DNA of 64,000 bases. It comes from Minisyncoccota bacterium (GTDB taxonomy: Bacteria; Patescibacteriota; Minisyncoccia; Phycocordibacterales; UBA1006). Every line of letters begins with the position of its first letter. Position 1 is the first letter of the stretch. A model generated the notes under the pieces. That model ran no database searches, had not been told where the DNA came from, and was given only the letters and a program-made list of their open reading frames with translations. Where the stretch lies: positions 403,714 to 467,713 of the forward strand of contig DASWYC010000002.1 of NCBI GenBank assembly GCA_036405175.1, read 5' to 3'. A program made the translations under genes and the position numbers. This document shows, piece by piece, positions 10,989 to 23,306 of the stretch.

Positions 10989-12191
10989 TTAATTATACCG
11001 TTTCTCAAATTCCTCTCTAAATTGTCCAAGCCTATTTTCCATCATCGCACCGCGAGCTTCTTCAACAAGATTATTAATAAAATATAAGTTGTGCATAGTT
11101 ACGAGTGATGCTGCAGACATTTCTTTGCTTCTAAATAAGTGCGCAATATACCCACGAGCATATCCCGTAGTACAGGTTGGACACCCACATCCAACCTCTA
11201 AAATCTCTTTTGAGTTTTTCATTGACGCATTAAAAATATTGATCGTTCCTTGGCGAGTATACGCATTTCCGTTGCGTGCAATGCGTGACGCCGTAACACA
11301 ATCAAACAAATCGCATCCTTCTTCCATCGCTTTTAAAATATCCGTTGGCTCACCAATACCAAGCAAATGGCGAGGCTTTTCAAACGGCAACATATCATTG
11401 ACCCATCCAACAACGCCAAACATATCGTCTTTATTAAATGAACCACCGATACCAAATCCATCAAATTGTGAACCCTTATCACTCATCACTGCTGCAATAT
11501 CGCGAGCAGATTTTTCACGCAAGTGCTTATGACGTCCACCCTGAATCACGCCAAAGAGCGCTTGTTTACTTTCTGGATCAAGTTCATCGTGCTTATCCAA
11601 GCAACGTTTTGCCCAACGCAATGTTCTATCCATGGCCGCCAATTGATATTCTTCTGACGCATGAGGACTAGTACATTCATCAAATGCAAAAATCATATCA
11701 GCGCCCAAATTCCATTGAATTTCCATTGAGCGTTCTGGCGTAAATCTATGCGATGATCCATCTTTATATGATTTAAAGGTCACACCTTCTTCATCGATGG
11801 TTGCCATTTTTTGGGTACTCGTATTGCGCTTTGATTCAATTTGCTGTGGTTCTCCTGCAGCAACTTTTGAGACGTTTGTTCCAAATGCTTCCCCTAATGA
11901 GAACACTTGGAATCCTCCCGAGTCAGTCATCGTTGGACCATCCCACTGCATAAATTTTGGAAATCCTCCAAATTCTTTCACAACTTCATCTCCAGGTTCT
12001 AAATAGAGGTGATACGTATTTGCCAGCACTACTTGGGATTTGGTTTGCTTAATTTGCTCAACCGTAAGCGACTTTACCGTTGCCTTAGTTCCCACGGTCA
12101 CATACGCCGGTGTCTGAATATCGCCATGTGGTGTATGGATGGTTCCGAGACGTCCTCGTTCGCCAACTCGTTGATGGATATCAAATTTCAT
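10989..12191 (-). CDS. tgt: tRNA-guanine transglycosylase
   Basis: LANTYHL, TDSGGFQVFSL, FDECT, QGG, RHLLGIG, DLFDCV, Zn site CGCPTC...H; start set at MKFDIH after a TGcTATTCT box. Confidence 0.96.
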   Translation of the reverse strand: MKFDIHQRVGERGRLGTIHTPHGDIQTPAYVTVGTKATVKSLTVEQIKQTKSQVVLANTYHLYLEPGDEVVKEFGGFPKFMQWDGPTMTDSGGFQVFSLGEAFGTNVSKVAAGEPQQIESKRNTSTQKMATIDEEGVTFKSYKDGSSHRFTPERSMEIQWNLGADMIFAFDECTSPHASEEYQLAAMDRTLRWAKRCLDKHDELDPESKQALFGVIQGGRHKHLREKSARDIAAVMSDKGSQFDGFGIGGSFNKDDMFGVVGWVNDMLPFEKPRHLLGIGEPTDILKAMEEGCDLFDCVTASRIARNGNAYTRQGTINIFNASMKNSKEILEVGCGCPTCTTGYARGYIAHLFRSKEMSAASLVTMHNLYFINNLVEEARGAMMENRLGQFREEFEKRYN

Positions 12192-12250
12192 GGAGTAAGA
12201 ATAGCAAAATTCAAGACTTTTTACCATCTTTGGTTTCCGAAAAAACATCC

Positions 12251-12377
12251 TCTTCATCACGTTCAAGGCAGTCGCGGAAACCGCTATCAAGGAGCGCCGT
12301 TGCAACGCTTCGGCGCGACTATGATGGACAGCTGAGCGTAGGCCCGATAGAGGCCGCTGTCTTGAACGTGGTGAAGA
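12251..12377. other. GC-rich structured element (ncRNA or miniature inverted-repeat element)
   Basis: Terminal arms tcttcatcacgttcaaggcag / ctgtcttgaacgtggtgaaga pair with two G-U wobbles on the + strand; several internal helices. Confidence 0.6.
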
Positions 12378-12379
12378 AA

Positions 12380-13045
12380 TTAGAATGGATTTTCTTCTTT
12401 TAAAAGCTTCACACTTTGAAGCAATCCACTACGCACTCGCGAACGCACATACACACGTTTGTACACATCACGTGCATCAAATTTAATATCAACTACATCA
12501 CCTAAAAAGTACGATTGATTGCGTACCCAGTTAACCGGATCACCTACTTCAACCTCATAATCGCGTGGCACCAATGCCAAAAAATCCCCATCGCCTCGTC
12601 CATTTAATGTAATAACTTCTTGTGTTGGAATGGTTCCTTTAATCGTATAATTATTACGAGAAATATTTGTCACCACTGCAAACTGATTATTAAACTGCTC
12701 AACAATTCCCACCAAAGAATCCTCGCGCACCACCGCATCGCCAGCCTTCATAACGGTTAGCGGATTAAATTCAACAATGTAGTTTCTAAAAAGCGATTGC
12801 TGGGGATCACGAATAATCATTCCCTCATTTTCCTGTAATTCAACTTTTCCAATCACACCAACTTTTCCTTTCTCTTCAGTAAAACTTTTCTGACTAATAA
12901 GTGACTTGATTTCAAATAATAAATATTGGAGCTTAAATCCCAATGTAAAAAGCACCAACATCAACACAACAAACAAGGCAATGATTCCTTGTTGTTGCTT
13001 AATAAACCCCGGTTCTTTTTTTCTACTGCGCATCGAAAGTTCCAT
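12380..13045 (-). CDS. mreC: Rod shape-determining protein MreC (divergent)
   Basis: Overlaps the mreB 3' end; N-terminal TM segment; GDAVV...LVGIVEQ, GRGDG, VEVGDPV, LGDVVDI. Confidence 0.75.
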   Translation of the reverse strand: MELSMRSRKKEPGFIKQQQGIIALFVVLMLVLFTLGFKLQYLLFEIKSLISQKSFTEEKGKVGVIGKVELQENEGMIIRDPQQSLFRNYIVEFNPLTVMKAGDAVVREDSLVGIVEQFNNQFAVVTNISRNNYTIKGTIPTQEVITLNGRGDGDFLALVPRDYEVEVGDPVNWVRNQSYFLGDVVDIKFDARDVYKRVYVRSRVRSGLLQSVKLLKEENPF

Positions 13046-14084
13046 AGAAGTTCTTCATGATTGGTTCGTATGTATCAAAGTTCTCAATCATTATACCAAT
13101 TCCTTTAATCACTGTTTCAAGCGGATTATTATCAATATGAACTCTCACGCCCATCTCTGATTCAATAACTTCTTTAAGTCCACGCAAATAGGCGCCGCCT
13201 CCAGCAAGAATGATCCCACCGTTCAAAATATCTTGCGCAAGCTCCGGTGGTGCATCACTCAGAACATCTGAAAGTGCGGTAAGAATCTTTTCTACTACCG
13301 TATATACGCACGGATAAATATCTTGCGATGAAAGCGAGATCTCACGAGGTAATCCGCTCACAATGTCGCGCCCACGAGCAATACACATTGATTCATCATT
13401 TTCTATAATTGATGCAATTTTAATTTTGATTTCTTCCGCTGTTGAATCACCAACGTACAGTTGGAAATTAAGTCTGAGTGTTTCTTGAATAAGACGCGTC
13501 AGCTCGTCTCCTGCCGTTGAAATACTCTTACCAAGCACAATGCCGCCCATAGAGATAAGTGCCATGTCGGTTGTTCCACCACCAATATCAACAACACAAA
13601 TTCCAAATGACTCTAATACATTTATTTCCATTCCAACCGCAGCCGCAAATGGCTCAGGAACAATATACCCATACTTTGCACCTGTGTGAAGAAGTACATC
13701 CATGAGTGCTTGATTTTGTACTGAGGTGATTGAAACCGGAGCACCAACAATTACACGAGGAGTAACATACAAGAAACTTTTAATGCGTTTAACTGCCTCC
13801 TGAACATAATATCCAACAAGCTCTTCTGCAATTTCAAAATTCCAAATAACACCATCCTTAAGCGGGCGCACCACTTCAATATGTGGCGGTGTTTTTCCAA
13901 GCATTACTTTTGCTTCTTTTCCAATAGCAACAATACGCTGAGTCTTTTTATTAACTGCAATAATAGTAGGTTCACGCATAATAATGCCTTCACCTTCCAG
14001 ATAAACGAGTGAATTTGACGTTCCCAAATCAATACCAATTCCGCGCGAAAAGCGCTTTACAACATTGTCAAATATACTCAACAT
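13023..14084 (-). CDS. mreB: Rod shape-determining protein MreB
   Basis: GIDLGTSNS, RPLKDGVI, EPFAAAVG, VDIGGGTTD, AEEIKI, LAGGGA. Confidence 0.95.
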   Translation of the reverse strand: MLSIFDNVVKRFSRGIGIDLGTSNSLVYLEGEGIIMREPTIIAVNKKTQRIVAIGKEAKVMLGKTPPHIEVVRPLKDGVIWNFEIAEELVGYYVQEAVKRIKSFLYVTPRVIVGAPVSITSVQNQALMDVLLHTGAKYGYIVPEPFAAAVGMEINVLESFGICVVDIGGGTTDMALISMGGIVLGKSISTAGDELTRLIQETLRLNFQLYVGDSTAEEIKIKIASIIENDESMCIARGRDIVSGLPREISLSSQDIYPCVYTVVEKILTALSDVLSDAPPELAQDILNGGIILAGGGAYLRGLKEVIESEMGVRVHIDNNPLETVIKGIGIMIENFDTYEPIMKNFYGTFDAQ

Positions 14085-14168
14085 AGCATTACTATACCGC
14101 AAATTATCCCAAAAGAAACTAGGCATTTTTCAAAAAATACGGGATAACTAAGTAGCTATTTTGTCAAT

Positions 14169-15281
14169 TTATACACGACCAAATCGCTGCTGTTTTTCAT
14201 GCTGATCACGAGAAATTCGCAACAGTACTCCAATAATAATTCCCTCAACAATAATATGTGATCCTCCAAAACTCATAAACGGCAAGGTGATTCCGGTTAC
14301 CGGCACCAATCCAACATTCATACCAATATTTACCATCGCATGGAATCCAAAGAAAAGTCCAGACCCAATAGCAAAGAGTGCATCAAAGTTACTCATGGCA
14401 AATCGTGAAAGACGATAGATGCGTGAGAGCAACAAAGCCCACACCCCAACCACCAAGAGTGAACCAACGAATCCCCATTCTTCCGAGAAGCTGGCAAAGA
14501 TAAAGTCGGTTTTATGTTCTGGCAAAAAGTTTAAGCGTGATTGTGTTCCATTTCCAATTCCCTTTCCAAATACTTTTCCTGACCCAACAGCAATCGTTGA
14601 TTGATAGGCATTGTATCCAGCGCCGCGGATATCAGAAAGCGGTGTTACGAATGTCTTGATACGATCTTTTTGATAGGGTTTGAACACAAATGACCAGAGT
14701 CCCATAAAGAGTACAAATCCAATCCCGAAAAAACTCATAATGTATTTCCATGAAATTCCGGAACTCACCACCATACCAAACCAAATTACCAACAACACAA
14801 TTGATGAGCCAAAGTCTGGCTGAATAAAAATCAAAATGAATTGAATAATTGCGTAGATGAACGTAACTACAATAGTACGGAGTGAATTGATGGCGCGATG
14901 GCGCGTTGCCAGATATTTTGAAATAATAACAATCAACGCAAACTTAGCTAAGTCTGCTGGCTGAAATGAGAAAAATCCTAAATGAAACCAACTTTTTGAA
15001 CCATTTACTACAGCACCAAACGGTAGCAACAAAGCCAACGAAACCATAGCAACGCCATATAATCCCAACACAAACCAATTTGATCTGAGTGTTGATTCAT
15101 TGATATTAAAAAATGCCAACCCAGCAAGCGCTGCAACACCAATATAAAGAAGTTGGCGTAAAAAATCTACCGACAAGAATGTTCCCTCATTAAATGATTG
15201 CAACGTGATTAAGCTAACCAGAGAAAGAAAGAGTGCACACGCTAAGAGTACACTATCAAAAGTACTTTGCTGCTTGATCAT
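14169..15281 (-). CDS. rodA: SEDS-family peptidoglycan glycosyltransferase RodA
   Basis: GSKSWF, FQPADLAK, QPDFGS, QSTIAVGSG, LPEHKTDFIF, EEWGF, GITLPFMSFGGS; next to mreB. Confidence 0.92.
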   Translation of the reverse strand: MIKQQSTFDSVLLACALFLSLVSLITLQSFNEGTFLSVDFLRQLLYIGVAALAGLAFFNINESTLRSNWFVLGLYGVAMVSLALLLPFGAVVNGSKSWFHLGFFSFQPADLAKFALIVIISKYLATRHRAINSLRTIVVTFIYAIIQFILIFIQPDFGSSIVLLVIWFGMVVSSGISWKYIMSFFGIGFVLFMGLWSFVFKPYQKDRIKTFVTPLSDIRGAGYNAYQSTIAVGSGKVFGKGIGNGTQSRLNFLPEHKTDFIFASFSEEWGFVGSLLVVGVWALLLSRIYRLSRFAMSNFDALFAIGSGLFFGFHAMVNIGMNVGLVPVTGITLPFMSFGGSHIIVEGIIIGVLLRISRDQHEKQQRFGRV

Positions 15282-16018
15282 AGACAATTTTGAGTACATG
15301 AAAGCATCACATTAGTTACTAGCAATTTTGGCTCTGTGCTCACTACGGCAGTAGTTGATCGTGTATCTTTTTCTGCAAAATACACTGGAACTTCGTATAC
15401 TTTCTGAATCACCTCTTTTTCTCCGCGATAATTTCCTGTCACAAATACGGTATATGTTTGCTTTTGAGGAATTGCTGGTAAATAAATTTGAATTGGAACA
15501 GTAATTGAGCGGGCAAACTTTGAATCGGCTACAGAAAATAATTTAGTAGTAAAAATCTTTTGCTCCCCTTCAGGGGCCACAAATGTTGGCACTCCAAGTG
15601 ACACACTTGTTGGAATAATCATTGCAGGTTCTTGTGTTGTCGTTTTAGGAGTAAGGACAACAAGCGTAGTATCGAGTGGTGCAATGTCAACGTTCTTAGT
15701 AATGCTTTCGATAAATACTCCAGCTTGTGTATATACGTCAAAGCTGAGCTCACTACCCTTATATCCAAATGGAAGCGTATTGGTAATTTCCTGAATGAGC
15801 ACTTTATGCTTTTGTGCATTCTCGGCAATAACAACTTTTCCAAAGGCAACTTTTTTGCCTTCATAACAACGCACATCGGTCACACCTTTTAAGCATTCTG
15901 GAAGTCCAACAATTTTTTCTGAAATAACCGTTCGATGATACACATAAAAACCTCCACCAAAAATTAACAGAAGGATGAGTAAAATTTTAAGCCGAGAGCC
16001 AAATGCCCATGATGACAT
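15278..16018 (-). CDS. Membrane-anchored hypothetical protein
   Basis: Single N-terminal TM segment; ATGA overlap with rodA. Confidence 0.7.
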   Translation of the reverse strand: MSSWAFGSRLKILLILLLIFGGGFYVYHRTVISEKIVGLPECLKGVTDVRCYEGKKVAFGKVVIAENAQKHKVLIQEITNTLPFGYKGSELSFDVYTQAGVFIESITKNVDIAPLDTTLVVLTPKTTTQEPAMIIPTSVSLGVPTFVAPEGEQKIFTTKLFSVADSKFARSITVPIQIYLPAIPQKQTYTVFVTGNYRGEKEVIQKVYEVPVYFAEKDTRSTTAVVSTEPKLLVTNVMLSCTQNCL

Positions 16019-16082
16019 AATGGCTTTAGTATAGCATTATTGAATGAAAAATCTGTAAGATGCTACGTGGGTGTTTGCAAAG

Positions 16083-16150
16083 ACGAGGCCGAAAACCTTC
16101 GGTTTTCGGCCTCGTTTTCTTTAACAAAAAAATCACACTCTCGTGTGAAT
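16083..16150 (-). terminator. Tandem rRNA terminators (T1/T2-like)
   Basis: Minus-strand tcacac-gaga-gtgtga plus U-tract, and the long hairpin acgaggccgaaaacc-ttc-ggttttcggcctcgt, downstream of 5S. Confidence 0.7.
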
Positions 16151-16170
16151 CTTTGCGTTATAATTTTAAA

Positions 16171-16277
16171 CCTGGCGACAACCTACTTTCCCCTATTACG
16201 AGTATCATCGGCTCATATGGGCTTAACTTCTGGGTGCGGAATGTGTCCAGGTGTTTCCCCACTGACATATCACCAGA
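16171..16277 (-). rRNA. rrf: 5S ribosomal RNA
   Basis: Reverse complement shows the 5S pattern (ctggtg...acacctgg...gaagttaagc...gccgatgatact...gggaaagtaggttgtcgccagg) with paired ends. Confidence 0.92.
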
Positions 16278-16409
16278 TTTAAAATTACAACAAACGTAAC
16301 CCTCCATATTCTTCGTTTACAAAACACTTTGATTTGATGCGTAATATCTCTTAAACACACTTTTTCGGTAAAATTACTTGAAGCGAATTTTGTTTATGTA
16401 CAAAACTCC

Positions 16410-19445
<3,036 letters not shown>

Positions 19446-19778
19446 GAGTTTTATACATAATTATATGACTTGCGTCACACAATTGCGTTTACAATTTAAC
19501 CACTACGAGTAATTTTACTTACTTAATATACTTAGTTCTCAATTATTACGTTTCAATTTGGCAATTTGCAAAAGATTATTTTGCTTGATTCCCTCGTGAC
19601 ATATTTAAAATATGTACGAGTGTTTGCTCGATGTTTTGATATTAAACGTTGAATATGGAGTTGGTAACGTACAGACTGTATTATCGCAAGTTGCTCGATC
19701 CTAGAATGACCCCATTCTATAACAGTATTGTTCAGGATTCCGCAAACCTGTCGACGTTACCACACAGTCGTGAGAGAG

Positions 19779-19806
19779 ATTATACACGAATTCTTTTTTA
19801 GTGCAA
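19779..19806 (-). promoter_or_regulatory. Promoter of the 23S-5S unit
   Basis: TTGCAC-N16-TATAAT about 330 nt upstream of 23S. Confidence 0.75.
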
Positions 19807-19908
19807 GCGTTTTTTTAAAAGAGTTTCCACAGGGTTTTATGAAGGGTTACGAGCGTATTTTTAGAGTAATTTTCGATTCAAAAAGTGGGTCAAATTTGAA
19901 TATAAAAT

Positions 19909-19935
19909 GTGCCCGAAACCTGCGATTTCGGGCAC
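19909..19935 (-). terminator. Hairpin after the trmD unit
   Basis: gtgcccgaaa-N7-tttcgggcac. Confidence 0.6.
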
Positions 19936-19948
19936 TCAACTTTCATCA

Positions 19949-20197
19949 TTAATATCCAGCTTTCTTTTTAAGTTCATTCCATTCAGTAAGGAGTTTTTCT
20001 TTAGTGGTTGAGTAAAAATGTGCTTCATATTTGTCATATTCTGCAAGCGTATGTGCATCAACCATAAGAGAACTAAGTTCGCCACTATCTGCCAAAAGAG
20101 ATAGTTTGAAAAGATCATCTGCTAATTCTTCTTGCTCAACCTCGGGATCAATCATCATTAAATACTTTTCAATTATTTCAATAATCTCTTTTGTCAT
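19949..20197 (-). CDS. Small acidic hypothetical protein
   Basis: 82-aa ORF starting 6 nt after the trmD stop. Confidence 0.6.
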   Translation of the reverse strand: MTKEIIEIIEKYLMMIDPEVEQEELADDLFKLSLLADSGELSSLMVDAHTLAEYDKYEAHFYSTTKEKLLTEWNELKKKAGY

Positions 20198-20203
20198 ACA
20201 TGA

Positions 20204-20857
20204 TTAGTTTTCTGCTCGCCACTTTTCAATATTGGCATGATGCCCAGACAGCAGCACATCTGGAACATTATATTCTTGTCCCTGCCATTCAAATGATTCT
20301 GGCTTGGTATAAAACCTTTCACTTGCTATACGCGTTCCTTCTTCAGACAATTCATTACCTAGTACATCTGGAATAAATCGAGCAACTGCATCGGTGATCA
20401 TAAGTGCCGGCAATTCGCCACCGGTCACCACAAAATCTCCAAGAGAAATTTGAAGCGGCTGCAAAACCTCCATTACACGATAATCAATTCCTTCATAGCG
20501 TCCGCACAAGAAAATAATATCAGTGTAGGTTTGTGAAAATTCCTGTGCATGATTTTTGTTAAATAATTCTCCACGAGGTGAAAGATTGATCACTAAAATT
20601 TTTGCGTCAGGATTTTTTGCAAGAATATGTTTTTTAGCAGATTCGTATGCACGCAAGATCGGCTCTGCAGTCATCACCATGCCAGGCCCACCGCCATACG
20701 GAGAATCATCAACCTTCCCATGCTTATTTTCTGCAAATGCACGAATATCAGTTGTTGTGTAAGTAATTAACGACTTCTTTACTGCCTGAGCAAGGATGCC
20801 TTCATTAAAATAGCCTGAAATCATTCCGGGAAAGAGCGTGAGAAAGTGAAAATTCAT
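20204..20857 (-). CDS. trmD: tRNA (guanine37-N1)-methyltransferase
   Basis: LTLFP, VDDSPYGGGPGMVM, LSPRG, CGRYEGID, SLGDFVVTGGELPA, VPDVLLSGHH. Confidence 0.97.
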   Translation of the reverse strand: MNFHFLTLFPGMISGYFNEGILAQAVKKSLITYTTTDIRAFAENKHGKVDDSPYGGGPGMVMTAEPILRAYESAKKHILAKNPDAKILVINLSPRGELFNKNHAQEFSQTYTDIIFLCGRYEGIDYRVMEVLQPLQISLGDFVVTGGELPALMITDAVARFIPDVLGNELSEEGTRIASERFYTKPESFEWQGQEYNVPDVLLSGHHANIEKWRAEN

Positions 20858-21121
20858 AATACCTATAGGTTATAGCACATCTGGACAGATTAGTAAGCAT
20901 AAGGCGTATTGGGGATTATAGCCTTGCAATTATAATATTATGTGGTATTATAATCTAAAATTAACAATAAAATTCGTGATGATTCAAAAAATATCGTCCC
21001 ATACTATAATCTTCGAAACTTTTTTACTGCCTGCTCTACGGTAGACGATAGTAAGTGTCTACTAGAATAAATGTATTTGTTCACCAAATTTGTCTTAATA
21101 TTTTTTAAAACTTTATGTATC

Positions 21122-21940
21122 ATGAAAAAATTAAACATTGCTTTTTTGTTTATGAATATTCTCTTTATGGGGGTTATTGTTTTTGGCTTCCACAAAGGAT
21201 ATATCTCTTTATCATTTTCGAAAGATAGAGAAGTTATTTCATCAAACACCACCCTTTCAAACGAAAACAAATTGTTTAAATTTGTAGCAACGGAGACGAT
21301 CGCAAGTGCAAGCTTCGGGGATATACCGGGCTCAGTGGCAAATCCACATGGAGGTACGCCATACTACGATGAAGAAGCAGATGTGAAGAGGTGGGAATCT
21401 CAGCCGACAACAGTTCAAGAAATTATGGAAGCTGATCAGCGAGGGCGCCATCAAAGCTTTCTAAAGTCAGGACTTGGAATGACAACTTGGAGTACTCCAG
21501 AACAGGAATACTCACCTAAGGTTAAAGTAACAATATTGAGGGGTTCTTCTGCAAACGATCTTTGGGCAGACCTTTCAGTTAAAGGAATGACAAGCAACGG
21601 AAGTATCGTAGAATATACCAAGCTTTTATCGGCCCTTGGAGTAGATGGCTCTGAGAAAAATACTCTTTTGAGAGAACTTCATGCAGCTCTTACAGAATGC
21701 ATTAAAAATTATAGTAACCCTGCAAAGTATAGATGGTATTATGCGAACGATGGAAATGACATAGTAGGGATTCAATGCCGAAGACTCACCGAGAGTACAC
21801 CTTTTTTCTCAGCAAATTTGAATACTTTTCTTTATAAATTAGAACGTAGTTCCAAAAAAGCAGACCGAAAAGGAAGAAAAAACAAAAAACATAAAAAAGT
21901 CTTGGATAACACACCAAAGATAATAGCAATAAATTCATAA
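21122..21940 (+). CDS. Membrane-anchored orphan with basic C-terminal tail
   Basis: N-terminal TM segment; Lys-rich end; upstream TTGCAA-N16-TATTAT near 20924-20951. Confidence 0.7.
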   Translation: MKKLNIAFLFMNILFMGVIVFGFHKGYISLSFSKDREVISSNTTLSNENKLFKFVATETIASASFGDIPGSVANPHGGTPYYDEEADVKRWESQPTTVQEIMEADQRGRHQSFLKSGLGMTTWSTPEQEYSPKVKVTILRGSSANDLWADLSVKGMTSNGSIVEYTKLLSALGVDGSEKNTLLRELHAALTECIKNYSNPAKYRWYYANDGNDIVGIQCRRLTESTPFFSANLNTFLYKLERSSKKADRKGRKNKKHKKVLDNTPKIIAINS

Positions 21941-21965
21941 TCTTAATATTTTTTAGAATATAACT

Positions 21966-21998
21966 AAAAAATCCCCTGATTTAATCACGGGATTTTTT
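21966..21998. terminator. Bidirectional terminator
   Basis: aaaaaatccc...gggatttttt. Confidence 0.65.
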
Positions 21999-22010
21999 GT
22001 TGCCTATTTT

Positions 22011-22334
22011 TTATTCCAATTCGCTACGCAAATCATCCATAGCACTATCAACATCGCTTGCAGCAACATCGGCCATAGTGCTGTAGCCTTGTGGCTCATT
22101 AATCTTAAGATTTACACGAGCATTATGCTTCATTCCAACAACACGCAACAATGTTCTGATTGCTTTTGCGGTTGCCCCGCTGCGACCAATAACCTTTCCC
22201 ATGTCGCCCCCTGGATGCACATCAAGCATTAAAAGAACGCCCATTTCGTCAACCTTTTTTGTCACCTTTACGTCTTCTGGCTTATCAACAAGTTCCTTTA
22301 CAATATAAGTGAGAAATTCAACAGCTTTATCCAT
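22011..22334 (-). CDS. khpA: KH-domain RNA-binding protein KhpA/YlqC
   Basis: LVDKPEDVKV, DMGKVIGRSGATAKAIRTLL; near trmD. Confidence 0.9.
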   Translation of the reverse strand: MDKAVEFLTYIVKELVDKPEDVKVTKKVDEMGVLLMLDVHPGGDMGKVIGRSGATAKAIRTLLRVVGMKHNARVNLKINEPQGYSTMADVAASDVDSAMDDLRSELE

Positions 22335-22422
22335 ATCATTTGAGGTAATTAACGTAATAATGAGAGTAGTCTCTTCTTCATAATACTAATGTATGTATGC
22401 TTGGTCAACATGAGGAAAACTC

Positions 22423-22908
22423 TTACTCTTCTGCCTCGTGAACCAACTCATCAAACACAGAAAGTACGTCTGGATGCTGCGAGTTAGTATAGAAGTAATA
22501 ATACGCAACAGGATTTGGACAATACACCGCTGCGTCAGGGTTTACTGCTGCAAACTTTTCACAATCTGCTTTTTTATAGTCTGATGGAATTACATAACTA
22601 ATAGCATCTGCTGGATTATCCTGCCAAAGCGGCGAAATAGTGAAACGAGAGTTTGCTGACTTCCATGTTGTCAAACATGCATCAACACAGTTTGATCCTG
22701 CCTCCTGAAGTCCTGCACGCCACTCCGCCGGGTACTGAATAGTCTGATTATCTATGTTGATTGTCTTCCAGTTATGAATCTGCGGCTCATTACTTACGGG
22801 AATCGGTTCGTGGTAACCGCGTAGTTTCCAAACAATAAATCCAATCATCAGTACCACAATCACGCCAATGGTTCCAAAAAATACTTTCTTGTCTTTCATA
22901 CTCTGCAT
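22423..22908 (-). CDS. Membrane-anchored hypothetical protein
   Basis: N-terminal TM segment, WKT...IQYPAEW motif, paired Cys. Confidence 0.7.
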   Translation of the reverse strand: MQSMKDKKVFFGTIGVIVVLMIGFIVWKLRGYHEPIPVSNEPQIHNWKTINIDNQTIQYPAEWRAGLQEAGSNCVDACLTTWKSANSRFTISPLWQDNPADAISYVIPSDYKKADCEKFAAVNPDAAVYCPNPVAYYYFYTNSQHPDVLSVFDELVHEAEE

Positions 22909-23043
22909 TATTACTTACGGTTATGAATTTATTATAGCGGTTTATTCATGAATTATTGATTATGAAGAAGGCAAAAACTACCGATTTTCGTCATCGGAGC
23001 CACCTTGATTTTATTGCCATCTATGGCATACTTAAGTAACTAT

Positions 23044-23268
23044 ATGAATCCGATCACGATTATTCAAATCATCCTTGCAATTATCCTTATCGTACTTGTT
23101 CTTATCCAGCAAAATGAATCTGGAATTGAAGGAGCGCTTGGAGGAGGACTTTCTGTTACCGCTCAACACCATAAGCGTCGTGGATCTGAAAAGACTATTT
23201 TCACCGCAACATTTGTTGTTGCCGCCCTCTTCATTATCTCAGTAGTTCTTTCTTTGATTCCGTTTTAA
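23044..23268 (+). CDS. secG: Preprotein translocase subunit SecG
   Basis: Two TM segments, LIQQ...GALGG...RRGSEK pattern. Confidence 0.9.
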   Translation: MNPITIIQIILAIILIVLVLIQQNESGIEGALGGGLSVTAQHHKRRGSEKTIFTATFVVAALFIISVVLSLIPF

Positions 23269-23306
23269 GGCTCCTCAAAAATTGGTTTTAGTCTATAATA
23301 CTAAGC

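Noticed and set aside
12192-12377. preQ1 riboswitch or N-terminal extension of tgt
   Set aside because: No preQ1 consensus recognised; tgt has its own -10 box next to the ATG at 12191, downstream of the element
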